Shown here piece by piece: positions 13,651-26,800 of a stretch of 64,000 bases of DNA. The stretch covers positions 95,604,001-95,668,000 of the forward strand of contig OZ024744.1 of the NCBI GenBank assembly GCA_964016885.1, given 5' to 3'. The notes beneath the pieces are model-generated. The model made no database searches. It was not told the origin of the DNA and saw only the letters and a list, made by a program, of their open reading frames with translations. The position numbers and the translations under genes were made by a program. The DNA comes from Eledone cirrhosa. Its lineage: Eukaryota. Position 1 is the stretch's first letter, and each line of letters begins with the position of its first letter.

Positions 13651-15167
13651 ATGGACGGAAATGGGAGGATGGGGTAGGGTGTATGAGGTGGGGTGTATAT
13701 TGATATATATATATGTATATAATCAGATTAATAAATAAACGATCATTGTCTGATCAGGGACAGCAGGTGGGGTGTGTCCGTGACACACAAGAAAAAAAAT
13801 CACAATAAGTAAATCAAAGAAAAACCTCTGATTTTTTAAATTTTATTTTATTTTATTTTATTCTATTTGTTTAATGAGGTACAGTTATGGTTATAACCAC
13901 AGGTATGGGTGTGTTGTAGTTAAGGTGTTTGCTTTGAAACTTTGAAACTCACAAGGCATTGGTGAACATAATGCCTCATGAGTGAAATTTGGTAGATTCA
14001 AACTGTGTGGAAGCTTTTCATGTCGGTGTGCGTATGCTTGCATGTGTGTATTTGTGTTGACACCACATAACAATTGGTGTTGTTTGTTTATGTCCTGTAA
14101 CTTAGTGGTTCGACAAATAGAGATTGATGAAATAAACACTAGGCTAATCACTGAAATTAGTAAAAAAATTAGACAGATATTTTATGTTACATATTAATTA
14201 AGCTATGAGATTTTGTTTGGAGGTTGTATTACAAGGGAGACAACTGTGTGTTAAGGTGGAAGTTGGATACAACATAAGAAAAACAATATAATGCATTAAT
14301 TTTTTTCTTGTGATAATTCAGCAGAAAATATCTGAAAATAGGTTTGTAAATTTAAATGTTTATAGTATCTTGACTAATAGATATATTGTTGTGAAAATTT
14401 GCGTTATTACAGTAAAGACTTTGATATTAAATGTAATAAAGCAATAGTGTTGCTTTGTTGCTTTTCAAGAATATAGTCTAACCCCATACTAGTGTGGAAA
14501 AATGGATGTAAAACGATGATGGTGATGATGGTGGTGGTGGTGGTGGTGGTGTTGGTGATGATGATGATGGGGGTGGTGGTGGTGGTGGTGGTGGTGGCGA
14601 TGATGATGATGATGATAGTCTCATGTGCTACAGGAGATTAAAGTTAACTTTTAACATCTTGTAATGATTTAGTAGAAAATATCTAAAGACATGTTTGTTA
14701 GTCCAAATGTTTATAGTATCTTTACAGATCAGTGTAAAAAATTGCAATATTGGAGTAAACATTTAAACTTTTAATGTGATACAGTGATAGTGATGTCTTG
14801 TACTTTTTTAAGAATATCTGTCGAAATAGAGAGCAAAGAGAAGATAAGTGAAAAAATTGTCACTTTCCTTCTTTTGATATTTATCTCCTTATAATATATA
14901 ACCAGCAATTTCTCTGTCTGTCCGACAGTGGAAACACGTGTGTGCGTGGTTGCTATCTCTCTCTCTCTCCAGCTATCCCTCTCTTTTAGTCTGTCTGTTT
15001 CTCTCACTCTTACTCTTTCTCTTTGTAACACACTAACATTCCTCCCCTCTATCGCTGTGACGAATGGGGAGATGGAGGAGGAGGAGGAGGAGGAGAGAGT
15101 CACTTCGTCACTTCACCTCTGCCTTTCTTTCTCTCCCCTCTCACTCCCTCATTACGTACAGACATTA

Positions 15168-15360
15168 GGGCGGTGGATTGGCAGAATCTGTAGAGAGTCG
15201 GACACCATGCTTCACAGCATGGAGTTACATCCCTTTACGGTCTGAGTTCAAATACCGCCGAGGTTAACTTTGCCTTTCATCCTCACGGGGTCGATAAAAT
15301 AAAGTACCAGTAATGTACTGGGTAATTGCTGGCCTTGTGCCAAAAGTAGAAACAATTATT
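15168..15360 (+). mobile_element. tRNA-derived SINE family A
   Basis: A/B boxes and shared core. Confidence 0.85.
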
Positions 15361-15477
15361 AGAAACATTGCTTCATTTTTACATATCTAAGCATTAGTAA
15401 AGTAACTAATAATTTCAAAAGTAATTTTTCAATTCCAATTGTTATGAACAGCAAAACATTAATAATAATTTTGTTCT

Positions 15478-15597
15478 AAGAAATATATATACATTTCTGT
15501 GTGTGTAATATATATATACCCACAGAAATATATATACATTTCTGTGTGTGTAATATATATATATATATACACAGAAATATATATACATTTCTGTGTG

Positions 15598-15640
<43 letters not shown>

Positions 15641-15850
15641 GAAATATATATACATTTCTGTGTGTGTAATATATATATATACACACAGAAATATATATAC
15701 ATTTCTGTGTGTGTAATATATATATATATATACACACAGAAATATATATACATTTCTGTGTGTGTAATATATATATATATATACACACACAGAAATATAT
15801 AAACATTTCTGTGTGTGTAATATATATATATATATATACACACACAGAGA
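15478..15850. repeat. Compound minisatellite (~40-45 bp unit with internal palindrome)
   Basis: About 8-9 copies of CACAGAAAT-ATATATAC-ATTTCTGTG separated by variable (TA)n. Confidence 0.9.
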
Positions 15851-16394
15851 AATATATGGGCATTTCTCTGTTTGTCTGTCTGTCTGTCCTTCCCTAAAAC
15901 TCAAATGTAGGTGCTACAGAAATATTACCTTCCCCTTCCTTTCTCCACTTTGGTACTACCAAGAGAAACACTGTCGCTATAGAAACATTACCTTCCCCTC
16001 TCCACTGACTTTGGTCACTGAGGCCGAGGAAATCGCTGGTTGCTATAGCGACACCTTGCACAAGCCAGAAGTAACCAGTTCGAGGCGGTTCTGACTTGAC
16101 ACCATGCCAAGGACCATTTGAAGATATATTTCCATCGTTATATCATAACGTTTATGTATCATAACGTTTATATTTCCGTCACTAATCTCTTTTTCTCCTT
16201 TTTCGTTTTAACATATATTTATTTCAAAGATTTCACCGTATAGATAACATATATATTTATACATGCATAAAAGACACACCGAGAGACGGTGAACATGTGG
16301 TGCTGAAAACATTTCTCATCCAAATCTCAACAATATCAGTATATACACTAGATTTGCTAGCAGAAAACCGCCCACTGGGTGGTTTTCTGCTAGC

Positions 16395-17259
16395 CTATAT
16401 AACTAAAACAGAGAATGTCTGTCTGTCTTTCTGTAATACTTATGATCGTGTGAGTGTTTTGAGCAAAAAATATTTCAAATTTTCAATGCCCTAGGGATCG
16501 CATTAGGCGCCGTTTAGCGATCTCTCTATAATTCTTAGTCTGTCTTTTTAGATAGATACATAGCTACAACGTCGCGCACTTATAATATCCGTCTGTATGT
16601 CTGGATGTCTGCATTACGACATTATGACGCTATCTGTATGTGTGTATATATGTATATATAGTGTGCGTGTGTATATATATAGTGTGTAACGTTTTCGAAA
16701 TATTTACTTCTGCGTTCACAGATTGATTTTTTTAATTTCAGAAGATCCTGTTAAGGGTGAAAGCAGCGATTCTTTGCTTAAACGTTAATCTGTTATTTTA
16801 ATATATATATGCATATATAATTATATATTCGTGTACAGATATTTTTGCATACACAATAACAAAATATAAACAAACATATTTATTTCATGAGGCTCGATAA
16901 GGGTAAATATATATCAAATATATAAGAACCCTAGAGCAAATATTGTTCTCATTGCTGACGAGGCAGCAGGGGATATACATGATTGGCTGAAGAAGGACAA
17001 GACTGTGTTAGTAGTACGACCAACAGCCGCTATCACACTAACAGCAGCAAAAACAACAACAAAAAAGAGAGGGAACGCAATTACATGCTTTTGAAAAATC
17101 TTAATGGAAAATTATTTGCCTATTCACCCAAGACGACTTCACTTTTTATTAGGACTTCTGCATTAATTGGTGAACATATGACGAAACTGTTTCAGAAAGG
17201 AGGGATAAACATGCCAATCTATGTTTAGAATCCTGAGCAACGCTGGGCCATTCTGCTAG
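16395..17259 (+). mobile_element. Non-autonomous Helitron-like element
   Basis: Ends GCAACGCTGGGCCATTCTG-CTAG|T; 5' end has TGTCTGTCTG; both ends are shared with 36646-37498. Confidence 0.65.
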
Positions 17260-17419
17260 TGGAAACACGTGTCCGACAGTGGAAACACGTGTGCGCGTGG
17301 TTGCTATCTCTCTCTCTCTCTCCAGCTATCTCTCTCTTTTAGTCTGTCTGTTTCTCTCACTCTCACTCTTTCTCTTTGTAACACACTAACATTCCTCCCC
17401 TCCATCGCTGTGACGATTT

Positions 17420-17905
17420 AGTTTATATATGGTTTACTTCACTTCAAATTAAAAAGTATAATAAAACAGTTACCAAGAGTTGCGAAGGTTGACAATGTTA
17501 TTTTGTTGTTGATGTGAAAACAGCGAACGACCAGATAAAATTTGTTGGTGGTTAAAGTTTGTTGCAGTCCCTCGTAGTAGTTCTCATCCTGAGTCTATGA
17601 CCATAGTGAGAGAGAGTAATGGTTTGTATACCTCTGAATGGTCTGTAGATGACTGTAGACCACTGTCGCCTGTAAATAGTGGTGAACCTTTACATAGTTA
17701 GTTGCTAGCGTAATGCTCCGATCTTTCTATAAAAACGCGGGATGATACATACCCGTTGCTTCCTGCTTTATATACCTGTTGCTTCCTGCCTCCCACCTTG
17801 AGGGAATAGCCAACGCATCAACCTGTTCACACCAAAAGCGTGGTGACCTAGAATTTGACCTTTAGGTGTCACCCAAGGTTCAAGGCGTGGACAGATCTCG
17901 CTACA
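17420..17905 (-). mobile_element. LTR-like repeat, second copy
   Basis: Reverse strand begins TGTAGCGAGATCTGTCC...; homologous to 9066-9505. Confidence 0.55.
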
Positions 17906-18559
17906 TATATACATAGCGTAAAAATAGCTCATATAGAATTGAGATAGATTGTGTATACAATAACAGATGCTGGAAAGTGCTAGCCATTTCCCATCCCACA
18001 CCACTGCCACCACCTTCTGGTATGCATGCCTGGCGCTGTACGCTAACCACTTGTGTACAAAGCACGTTAAACCAAGTTCCACTCAGTGCAGACATGGGGA
18101 TGGAGGCTCCATAAGCCATAGAGTAGGCAACCCGTCTATAGAAGAGCTACCACTCCGAATAAATTGGTGCAGGGTGGAGCAGTCCCCTAAGTCCTGTAAG
18201 ACAACTTCCCTAGTGCTGGTGGCACGAATAAAGGCACTTGGTCCATGTTGTAAAATGAAGGTAATGGTAGTAGCATTCAGCCATTAAAAACCATGAAAAA
18301 CTATGGGATAGAGAGGGTCCCTTAGTCCAGTAAGACAACCTCTCTAGTGCTGGTGGCACGAATAAAAGCACCCAGTCCATGCTGTAAACCAGTGTATTAA
18401 TGCCAAAACAAATATGAGCACAACAAATAATTTATATAGCAATAACTGTGTGAACAGCAATAACACTAACCATGTTAGGGCTGTGCACGGTAGTGGGGTG
18501 GCTAGTGCAGCCATGTGCGAGAACCTCCCAACCATCATCAAGCAATCGCACAACATGAA

Positions 18560-18912
18560 CACATCATCATCATCATCATCATCATTTCATTTTATGTCCG
18601 CTTTTTCCCTGCTTACAAGGGTGGGACGGGAACTGATTCTGGCTTGATTTCTACAGCTGGATGACCTTCCTAACACCAACCTCATTTACAGTGAGTGCTG
18701 GGTGCTTTTATTCCGTGGCACCTACACGACCACATTACAGTGGAATGATAGGGACCCCAGTCCCTATCATCTCATTTCTACAGCTGAGTAAACTGGAGCA
18801 ATGTGAAATAAAGTGTCTTGCTCAAGGAAACAACACATCACCCGGTCTGAGAATTGAACTCACAACCTTTCGATTGCAAGGCCAATGCTCTAACCACTAA
18901 GCCATGTGCCTC
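18560..18912 (-). mobile_element. Full-length tRNA-derived SINE family B with RTE-derived 3' tail
   Basis: Head GGAGGCACATGGCTTAGTGG...GAGTTCAATTC, CORE-like CCTTGAGCAAGACACTT segment, RTE-like end and (GAT)n. Confidence 0.88.
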
Positions 18913-18959
18913 CAACACAATTATAAACAATTTTTGTTTGCAGAGAAGGAAAAAGTTTC

Positions 18960-21900
18960 AAGGAAAGATGTCGCATGTCAGGGTTGCCACATTTAATGTT
19001 GGCACCCTGACAGGTAGATCTGGTGAGATACTGGAGATGCTAGAGAGAAGACATGTGGATGTGTGCTGCATGCAAAAGATGAGATGGAGAGGTGCCTCAG
19101 CAAGACTAATCGCAGGCAAACATCTGGGTAGCAAATGATGATGGGTTAGGTGGGGTAGGCATTTTACTGGCCAAGAAGTAGATCAACAAGACAATAGAGG
19201 TAGTTAGAGTCAGTAATAGAATAATTAAGATTAGATTAGTTATAGGCAAGAGACTACTGACAATTATCTCTACCTCTGGTCCCCAGGCAAGCCTAGGTAA
19301 AGAAGAGGACTGCTTTTATGAGCAACTTTTAAAAACAGTTACAATGACAGAGGACAGAGATGTCCACTAGCAGGGGACTTCAATGGTCATGTTGGACAGC
19401 TCCAGGATGGATACACTGGGGTACATGGTGGGCATGGTTAAGGTTCAAGAAACGAAGAAGAAGTGAGGCTTCTTGAATTTTGTGATTCAAGTGCACTAAC
19501 CATTTGCAACACTAACTTCAAGAAGCCTACCAACCACATAATAACCTACCAATAAGGTGTGCACATAAGCCAGATTGACTTCCTGCTAGTTAGGCAACGA
19601 GATAGACAGATGGTGTCAAATACTAAGGCATACCCCAGGGAAGAATGTACCCCACAGCATAGGTTAGTCGTTAGTGACATTTCAATAAGTAAGAGACAAA
19701 ATGAGACATACAGAAAGGTCTGGAAACTAAAAGACCTTTCACTAAAATATAAATTTAGGAAAGCCCTTCAAGATGTGTATGACGAAAAAGACGATTTAGA
19801 ATCGTATGACATAGATGATAACTGGAATTTCTTACGTGACAACTTACTGCAGGCTACGGAAAAAACTTGTGGCTGGAGCAAAGCTCTGACCAGACAGAGA
19901 GTGACCTGGTGGTGGAACAGCACAGTAAATAGGGCCATTAGAGACAAAAGACTAGCATGGAATGCTTGGAAAAATGGTGGGAGTAGAGAAGGATATATAG
20001 CCACTAAGAGAGAAGCTAGACGTCAGGTGTACTTGGCACGCAGGGAGGCTGCGAGTAGGAGGTTTGCCAATGTTCTGCGATGGGAAGATCAGAGGCGTGC
20101 GGTGTTCCACATTGCAAGGCAGTGTGTCAGTGTAAATTAGGATGTTGTTGGAGATAAGTATGTCCAAAATGATGCCGGTGTACTTAGTGTCATGAATGAT
20201 CAGAAAAAGGAGGCCTGGAAATGTCATTATGAGAGACTGATGAATGTGGAGAACGAATGGGAGAGAGAGAAATTACCCTTGGTAGATCCGACAGAGGGAC
20301 CAGCTATTCAGATTGACGAATATAGGGTCCAAGAGGCGATTAAGGAAATAAAAAATGGGGATAGTTGCTGAGATACTGAAGGCATCAAGAGAAGTAGGAA
20401 CTAAACTGGTTACATGCATCGTCAATCAAGCTATATACGGCGGAGTCATACCCCAAAACTGGTGCAGCAATATTCTCATAAATTGCTACAAAGGTAAAGG
20501 GATGCTCTGGAGAGGAGCAATTATAGGGGCATAATACTGATGGATCAGGTTATGAAAGTGGCAGAAAGAATATTAGCTCATCTAATTAGAGAAAGGGTCA
20601 AATTAGATGAGATGCAGTTTGATTTTGTGCCTGAGAAAAGTACAACAGATGCCCTCTTCTTAGTGAGACAACTACAAGAGAGGTTTTTAGAGAAGAATAA
20701 GCCACTATACTTAGCTTTCGTTGACTTAGAGAAGGCCTTTGATAGGGTACCCCGATCTGTCATCTGGTGGTCCCTAAGGAAACTAGGTGTAGAGGAATGG
20801 CTTGTGAGGACAGTGCAAGCTATGTACAGAGGTACTCTCAGTAAAGTCAGGGTAGGAATGGAGTTTATTGAGGAATTCCAGATACAAGTAGGAGTACATT
20901 AGGGTTCGGTCCTCAGCCCGCTCTTGTTCATTATAGTCCTCCAAGCCATAACAGAGGAGTTTAAGACTAACTGCCCATGGGAACTTCTCTATGCTGATGA
21001 TCTGGTACTTATAGAAGAATCAGAAGCGGAGCTAGAGAATAAATTCTGGATATGGAAACAGCAGTTGGAATCAAGAGGCCTGAGAGTGAACATAGCTAAG
21101 ACAAAAATGTTGGTAAGTAGAAAAGAGGACAAAACTCTGATTCCATCAGGGAAATGGCCATGTTCGATATGTAGAAAAGGAGCTGGCATAAATTCTATAA
21201 AATGTACACAATGCAGATCCTGGGTACACAAGAGATGTAGTGGGATAGCAGGTAAACTAACAGGTTTGGGAAAACTACGTATACAGTAGATGTACAAGGA
21301 AATTTCACAGTAGAAGTCGCAGTGATAGACACATTTCTCAAATGCAGCTTCCAGTACCTAGGTAATCAGATTAGCATGGGTGGCGGGTGTACCAAGGCCA
21401 TAGTATCTAGAATAAGGACGGTTGGAAGAAGTTTAGGGAGCTGCTTCCTCTGTTGATGAAGAAGAGTTTCTCCCTGCGTACGAAAGGCTGGTTATATGAT
21501 ACCTGTGTGAAATGTGCAATGCTGCATGGTAGTGAGACATGGGCAGTGATATGCGTATATATTTATATTGATATATATGTTTCTTGCAATGGCTGGAGAG
21601 AAATGAAGCAAGCATGCTTCGTTGGATGTCCAATGTCAATGTGCATGAACAACCAAGCATAAGAGAGTTGAGAGAGAAACTGTGTATAAGAAGGATAAGT
21701 TGTAGTGTGCGGGAAAGAAGACTGCATTGGTATAGACATGTGATACGCATGGAGGATGACCACTGGGTAAAGAAGTGCCAAGAAATCCCAGTAGAAGGAA
21801 GATGCAGTCGAGGAAGACCACGAAAAATACGGGTGGAGGTGGTGAGAGAAGACCTCAGATCGCTGAAGCTCACGGAGGAGATGACAAAGGACCGTGACAA

Positions 21901-21985
21901 ATGGAGAGATGCTGTGCTTAATAGGATCCGTTCCACCCTTGCAAGCAAGGAAAAGCAGACGTAAAATGATGATGATGATGATGAT
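18960..21985 (+). mobile_element. Near full-length, inactivated RTE-clade LINE (APE + RT + PHD-like finger)
   Basis: RVATFNVGTL, AGDFNGHVG, SQIDF, QHRLVV, FVDLEKAFDRV, LLYADD, finger, LHGSETW and (GAT)n tail; multiple stops and frameshifts. Confidence 0.95.
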
Positions 21986-21989
21986 CTTG

Positions 21990-23661
21990 CTAATGTGGTT
22001 TCATCAAAGCAATCAATGGCAGTGATATCAAGCAAGTCGAGGATTTCAAGTATCTTGGGTCCTGGATCATGGACTCTGAGAAGGATTTCACCACCAGAAA
22101 GGCCCTAGCATGGTCAGCTTACAACAAGATGGATCGAGTTTGGTTCTCAAATCTTTCCAACCACACCCAGATCAGACTCTTCCAGGTAACAATTCAACCA
22201 ATCTTGCTGTATGGAAGTGAAACATGGACGCTTTCAACCAAACAATAAAAGCACCTTGATGACACTTACACTCGCCTACTTCAACATTCAGAACATAAGC
22301 TGGTGACATCTGCCTTTGAGAGAAATATATGTCGGCCTCTCACGCACATGTCGTTGTACGTAAGAGGAGAGTAAGATTTTCTGGCCACTGCCATCGTGCC
22401 ACCTATGAGGCTGTGTCCTCATTAGTGCTTTAGAAACCACAAGCAGTCACTAATAACAGGGGACACAAGCTCTCCTATCCTGATTTGCTAGCCACTGCCA
22501 TCGTCCCACCTATGAGGCTGTGTCCTCATTAGTGCTTTGGAAACCACAAGCAGTCACTAATAACAGAGGACACAAGCTCTCCTATCCTGATTTGCTAGCC
22601 ACTGCCATCGTCCCACCTATGAGGCTGTGTCCTCATTAGTGCTTTGGAAACCACAAGCAGTCACTAATAACAGGGGACACAAGCTCTCCTATCCTGATTT
22701 GCTAGCCACTGCCATCGTCCCACCTATGAGGCTGTATCCTCATTAGTGCTTTAGAAACCACAAGCAGTCACTAATAACAGAGAACACAAGCTCTCCTATC
22801 CTGATTTTCTGGCCACTGCCATCGTGCCACCTATGAGGCTGTGTCCCCATTAGTGCTTTAGAAACCACAAGCAGTCACTAATAACAGAGAACACAAGCTC
22901 TCCTATCCTGATTTGCTAGCCACTGCCATCGTCCCACCTATGAGGCTGTGTCCCCATTAGTGCTTTAGAAACCACAAGCAGTCACTAATAACAGAGGATA
23001 CAAGCTCTCCTATCCTGATTTGCTGGCCACTGCCATCGTGTCACCTATGAGGCTGTGTCCCCTTTAGTGCTTTAGAAACCACAAGCAGTCACTAATAACA
23101 GAGAACACAAGCTCTCCTATCCTGATTTTCTGGCCACTGCCATCGTGCCACCTATGAGGCTGTGTCCTCATTAGTGCTTTAGAAACCACAAGCAGTCACT
23201 AATAACAGAGAACACAAGCTCTCCTATCCTGATTTGCTGGTCACTGTCATCGTGCCACCTACGAGGCTGTGTCCTCATTAGTGCTTTAGAAACCACAAGC
23301 AGTCACTAATAACAGAGGACACAAGCTCTCCTATCCTGATTTGCTGGTCACTGCCATTGTGCCATCTATGAGGCTGTGTCCCCATTAGTGCTTTAGAAAC
23401 CACATGCAGTCACTAATAACAGAGGACACAAGCTCTCCTATCCTGATTTGCTGGTTACTGCCATCGTGTCACCTATGAGGCTGTGTCCCCTTTAGTGCTT
23501 TAGAAACCACATGCAATCACTAATAACAGCTCTCCTACCGCAATATCATCTCCAGAGATTCTGGTATTGAAATCCAGGACTTGGCAACAGCAGTGAACGA
23601 CAGACCCACGTGGAGATCAATTGTTGAGTCGATTTCAGCTGAGGCCGCCAGATGATGATGT
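21990..23661 (+). mobile_element. 3' fragment of a different RTE-like LINE containing a tandem array
   Basis: DFKYLGSWI, LLYGSETW, FSGHC and a (GAT)n tail at ~23650. Confidence 0.75.
22384..23538. repeat. Minisatellite, 107-bp unit, ~11 copies
   Basis: GCCACTGCCATCG recurs at 22384, 22491, 22598, 22705, 22812 and onward. Confidence 0.95.
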
Positions 23662-23829
23662 ACATGAAGTTAAGACTTAAACTCACAAAGTAGAATAATT
23701 ACACTTCGACTTGTACTGAATAGAACAACCACGGCAATCATATCTGCATATGCACTGCAATCTGGACTGACAGACATACTAAAAGACAGGCCTTATGAGT
23801 ACCTAATGCACACTATTTCCTAAATAAAA

Positions 23830-26800
23830 GTTAGTAACCTCATACTCATTCCAGGTGACTTTAATGGGGATGCAAGGCTTTGATGGGATCCCCGGAAGTT
23901 AGAGGTTCAGTGCTAGAAATGAGGAAAGTTTCAAGCTGCTGGAATTCTGCAATTCAAATGACATATTTATCTGTAACACAAACTTTTAAAAACAAGACAA
24001 CCATTTAATCACCTGTAGATCAGGTGGGCATGCCAGCCAGATAGATTTCATCCGTACCAGAAGACTAGACAGAGCAACTGTTATGAACACAAAGTCCCTC
24101 CCTAGTGAAGAATGCACCTCCCAACATAACTTAGTAGCTAGCGACCTTATAGTCAGGCCTAGAAGAACCCAGCAACAGAAGACAACCTAGAGGAGAAGAT
24201 TATGGAAGTTAAAAGACCCATCAACCAGAAACAAATTTAGAAGTATGTCAACTGATGCCTTTAACAGTAAGGAAGAGCAAATAGAGACTATAGAGACATA
24301 CAATATAGAGGAGCAGTGGGAGTTCCTAAAAGATAACCTTTAGCAAAAAGATAATATTATGCCGTGTTGGCATATTAATAATAAAGTTTATTATGCCGTG
24401 TTGGCATAATGAGAATAAGAAGATTATTGTTATTGATGACAATAGTACACAAGAAGTTGTTTAGCTAATTGTGATAGCAAGAAATGAAACAATATATAAT
24501 GTGTGAGGCAATGTAAGCCAGTTGTGAATATTGTTTGTATTTAGGATGAATGTAACTTGGAAGTCGCAATTTGGTTATAAGTTTTGTAGCCACGAAAGAA
24601 GAATATTTGTTGTTGTAGTGATAACCTTGGGAAAAGGATTCTTCCCATATCACGTCCAAAGGTGATGGTTGTGGTAAAAACAGTACAAGACCTTATAATA
24701 TTTACATAATTTATTTACAAACTGATTACAAAAGTTGAGCTGGAATGCCAAACAAAAGAACAAAGAAATCAAGAGCTAAGAAGCTAAGACAGGCACCGTG
24801 CCCAGCTAATATGAAGCCGGACAGGCTGAAGTGAAACCTTACCGTTGCATGATGGCATGTTGTTGACTTCTCGGAGTCAAAGGCAGCAAGTGTGTAGTGT
24901 AAACAAAAGAAGCGGGAAAACCTTTGAGCTTGGGCGGAAGTTGATATTCATGCGTGACTCACAATTGATCAACCAGTGACCTAATCACTCATGAATAGAT
25001 TGTCATGCAAATAGCTCCACTACAAACCTACTGAAAGCAACATGAAATCTTTGGTGGGAGTAGTTCTCTAGGGAGATGGAAACAATTAAGACCAAAAGAC
25101 ATGGAAGGATTGGCAAAATGGGGGTAGTAATGAAGTCTACCAGAAAGCTAGCTGACAAGTATACCTTGCAAGAAGGGAAGCAGAAAACAAAAAAAATTTA
25201 AACATGTTTTGAAGCGTGAAGATCAAAGGCATGAGGTGTTAGGATCACAAGACAGTGTGTCGGGGAAAATTGTGATGTCAGTGGGGGGAAATGTGTCAGA
25301 AATGATTTAAGCGAACTTGCCCTCACTGATGCTGAAAAGAAGGTAGCATGGAAATGCCACTATGAAAGATTACTGAATGAGGAGAATACATGGGAAGAAG
25401 AAAGTTTGTCACATGTCGACCCAACAGAGGGACCGGCTGTACAAGTTAGGAGTAGTATAGTAAGTAAGACAATCAAGGATATGAAGCCAGGCAGGGCAGC
25501 TGGTCCCTCAGGGATAATTGCTGAGATGCTGAAAACATCAGGTATGGTGGGCCACACCAGTCTCCTGCATTGTAAACCAAATCATACAAAATGGTGTTAT
25601 ACCCAATGACTGGTGTAGCAGCATCATAGTAACTGCTACAATGGCAAAGGTGATGCTCTAAACAGAGAAAACTATAGAGGCATTAGTTGGTTGCACAGAA
25701 AAAGTCATAGCACAGCTGATTAGGGAACAAGTTAACCTAGATGAGATGCAGTTTGGATTTGTACCAAGTAAAAGTACTACATATGCCCTCTTGCTTGTAA
25801 GAGAACTGCAGAGGTAAACCCCTCTACTTGGCTTTTGACCTAGCAAGAGGTAAACCCCTCTACTTGGCTTTTGTAAACCTGGAGAAAGCTTTTGAAAGAG
25901 TACCCTGTTCTATTATCTGGTGGGCTCTTAGAAAACTAGAAGTGGACAAGTGGCTTGTGAGGGCAATACAAGTCATGTATAGAGGAACAGTCAGCAATAT
26001 CAGAATTAACATGACTATAGCAAAGAATTTAGCGTGCAGGTTGGTGTCCATCAGGGCTCAGTTCTTAGCCCTCTGCTGTTTATCATCGTCCTGCAGGCAA
26101 TAACGGAGGAGTTTAAGACTGGCTGCCCATGGGAACTCCTGTATGCAAATGACCTAATCCTTATAGCCAAATCTTTGGCAGAAACCTGGAAGCATGGCCT
26201 AGAATTAAAAGGTCTTAAAGTCAACTTAGCAAAGACTAAAGTTCTAGTAAGTAGAAAGGAAAACAGGGCCTAGATCTCCTCAAGGAAATTACCCTGCTCA
26301 GTGTGCAGAAAAGGAGTAGGTAGAATTTCAATCCTATGCCTCAAATGCAAACTATGGGTACACGAGAGATGTAGTGAGATCTCAGGTAGGCTAACAAAGA
26401 TTGTAGGTTTTGCATGTGGCCGGTGCACAGGGGCGTAAGTAGCAAAAGCTCTCAGGATACTAGCTCCTTCTAATGCATGCCCAAATGCCCAGAGGGCTTT
26501 GTAGAAGTAGTAGATAGTTTCTGTTATCTGGGTGACCGAATCAGCAGTGGAGGAAGGTGTTCCAAAAGCACAGTAACCAGAGTGAGATCGGGTTGGAGAA
26601 AGTTCCAGGAGCTACTGTTAACTACAAAAGGTTTTCCCTCAAAATAAAAGGCAGACTATATGATGCTTGTATACAAACAGCAACATTGCATGGTAGTGAG
26701 ACCTGGGCACTGTGTGCAGAGGACCTGCAAAGATTGGAAATAAATTAAGCTTCCATGCTTCGATAGAAGTCAATTGTAATATATGCTAACGGCAAAGCAT

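Noticed and set aside
15442-15904. ORFs and a possible CRISPR-like array
   Set aside because: The spacers are (TA)n, there are no cas genes, and the context is eukaryotic
16955-17000. CTGACGA and CTGAAGA boxes
   Set aside because: No downstream stem II and GAAA
18840-18912. Possible tRNA gene (also 49765-49838)
   Set aside because: It is a SINE head continuous with the SINE body, and I see no complete acceptor stem
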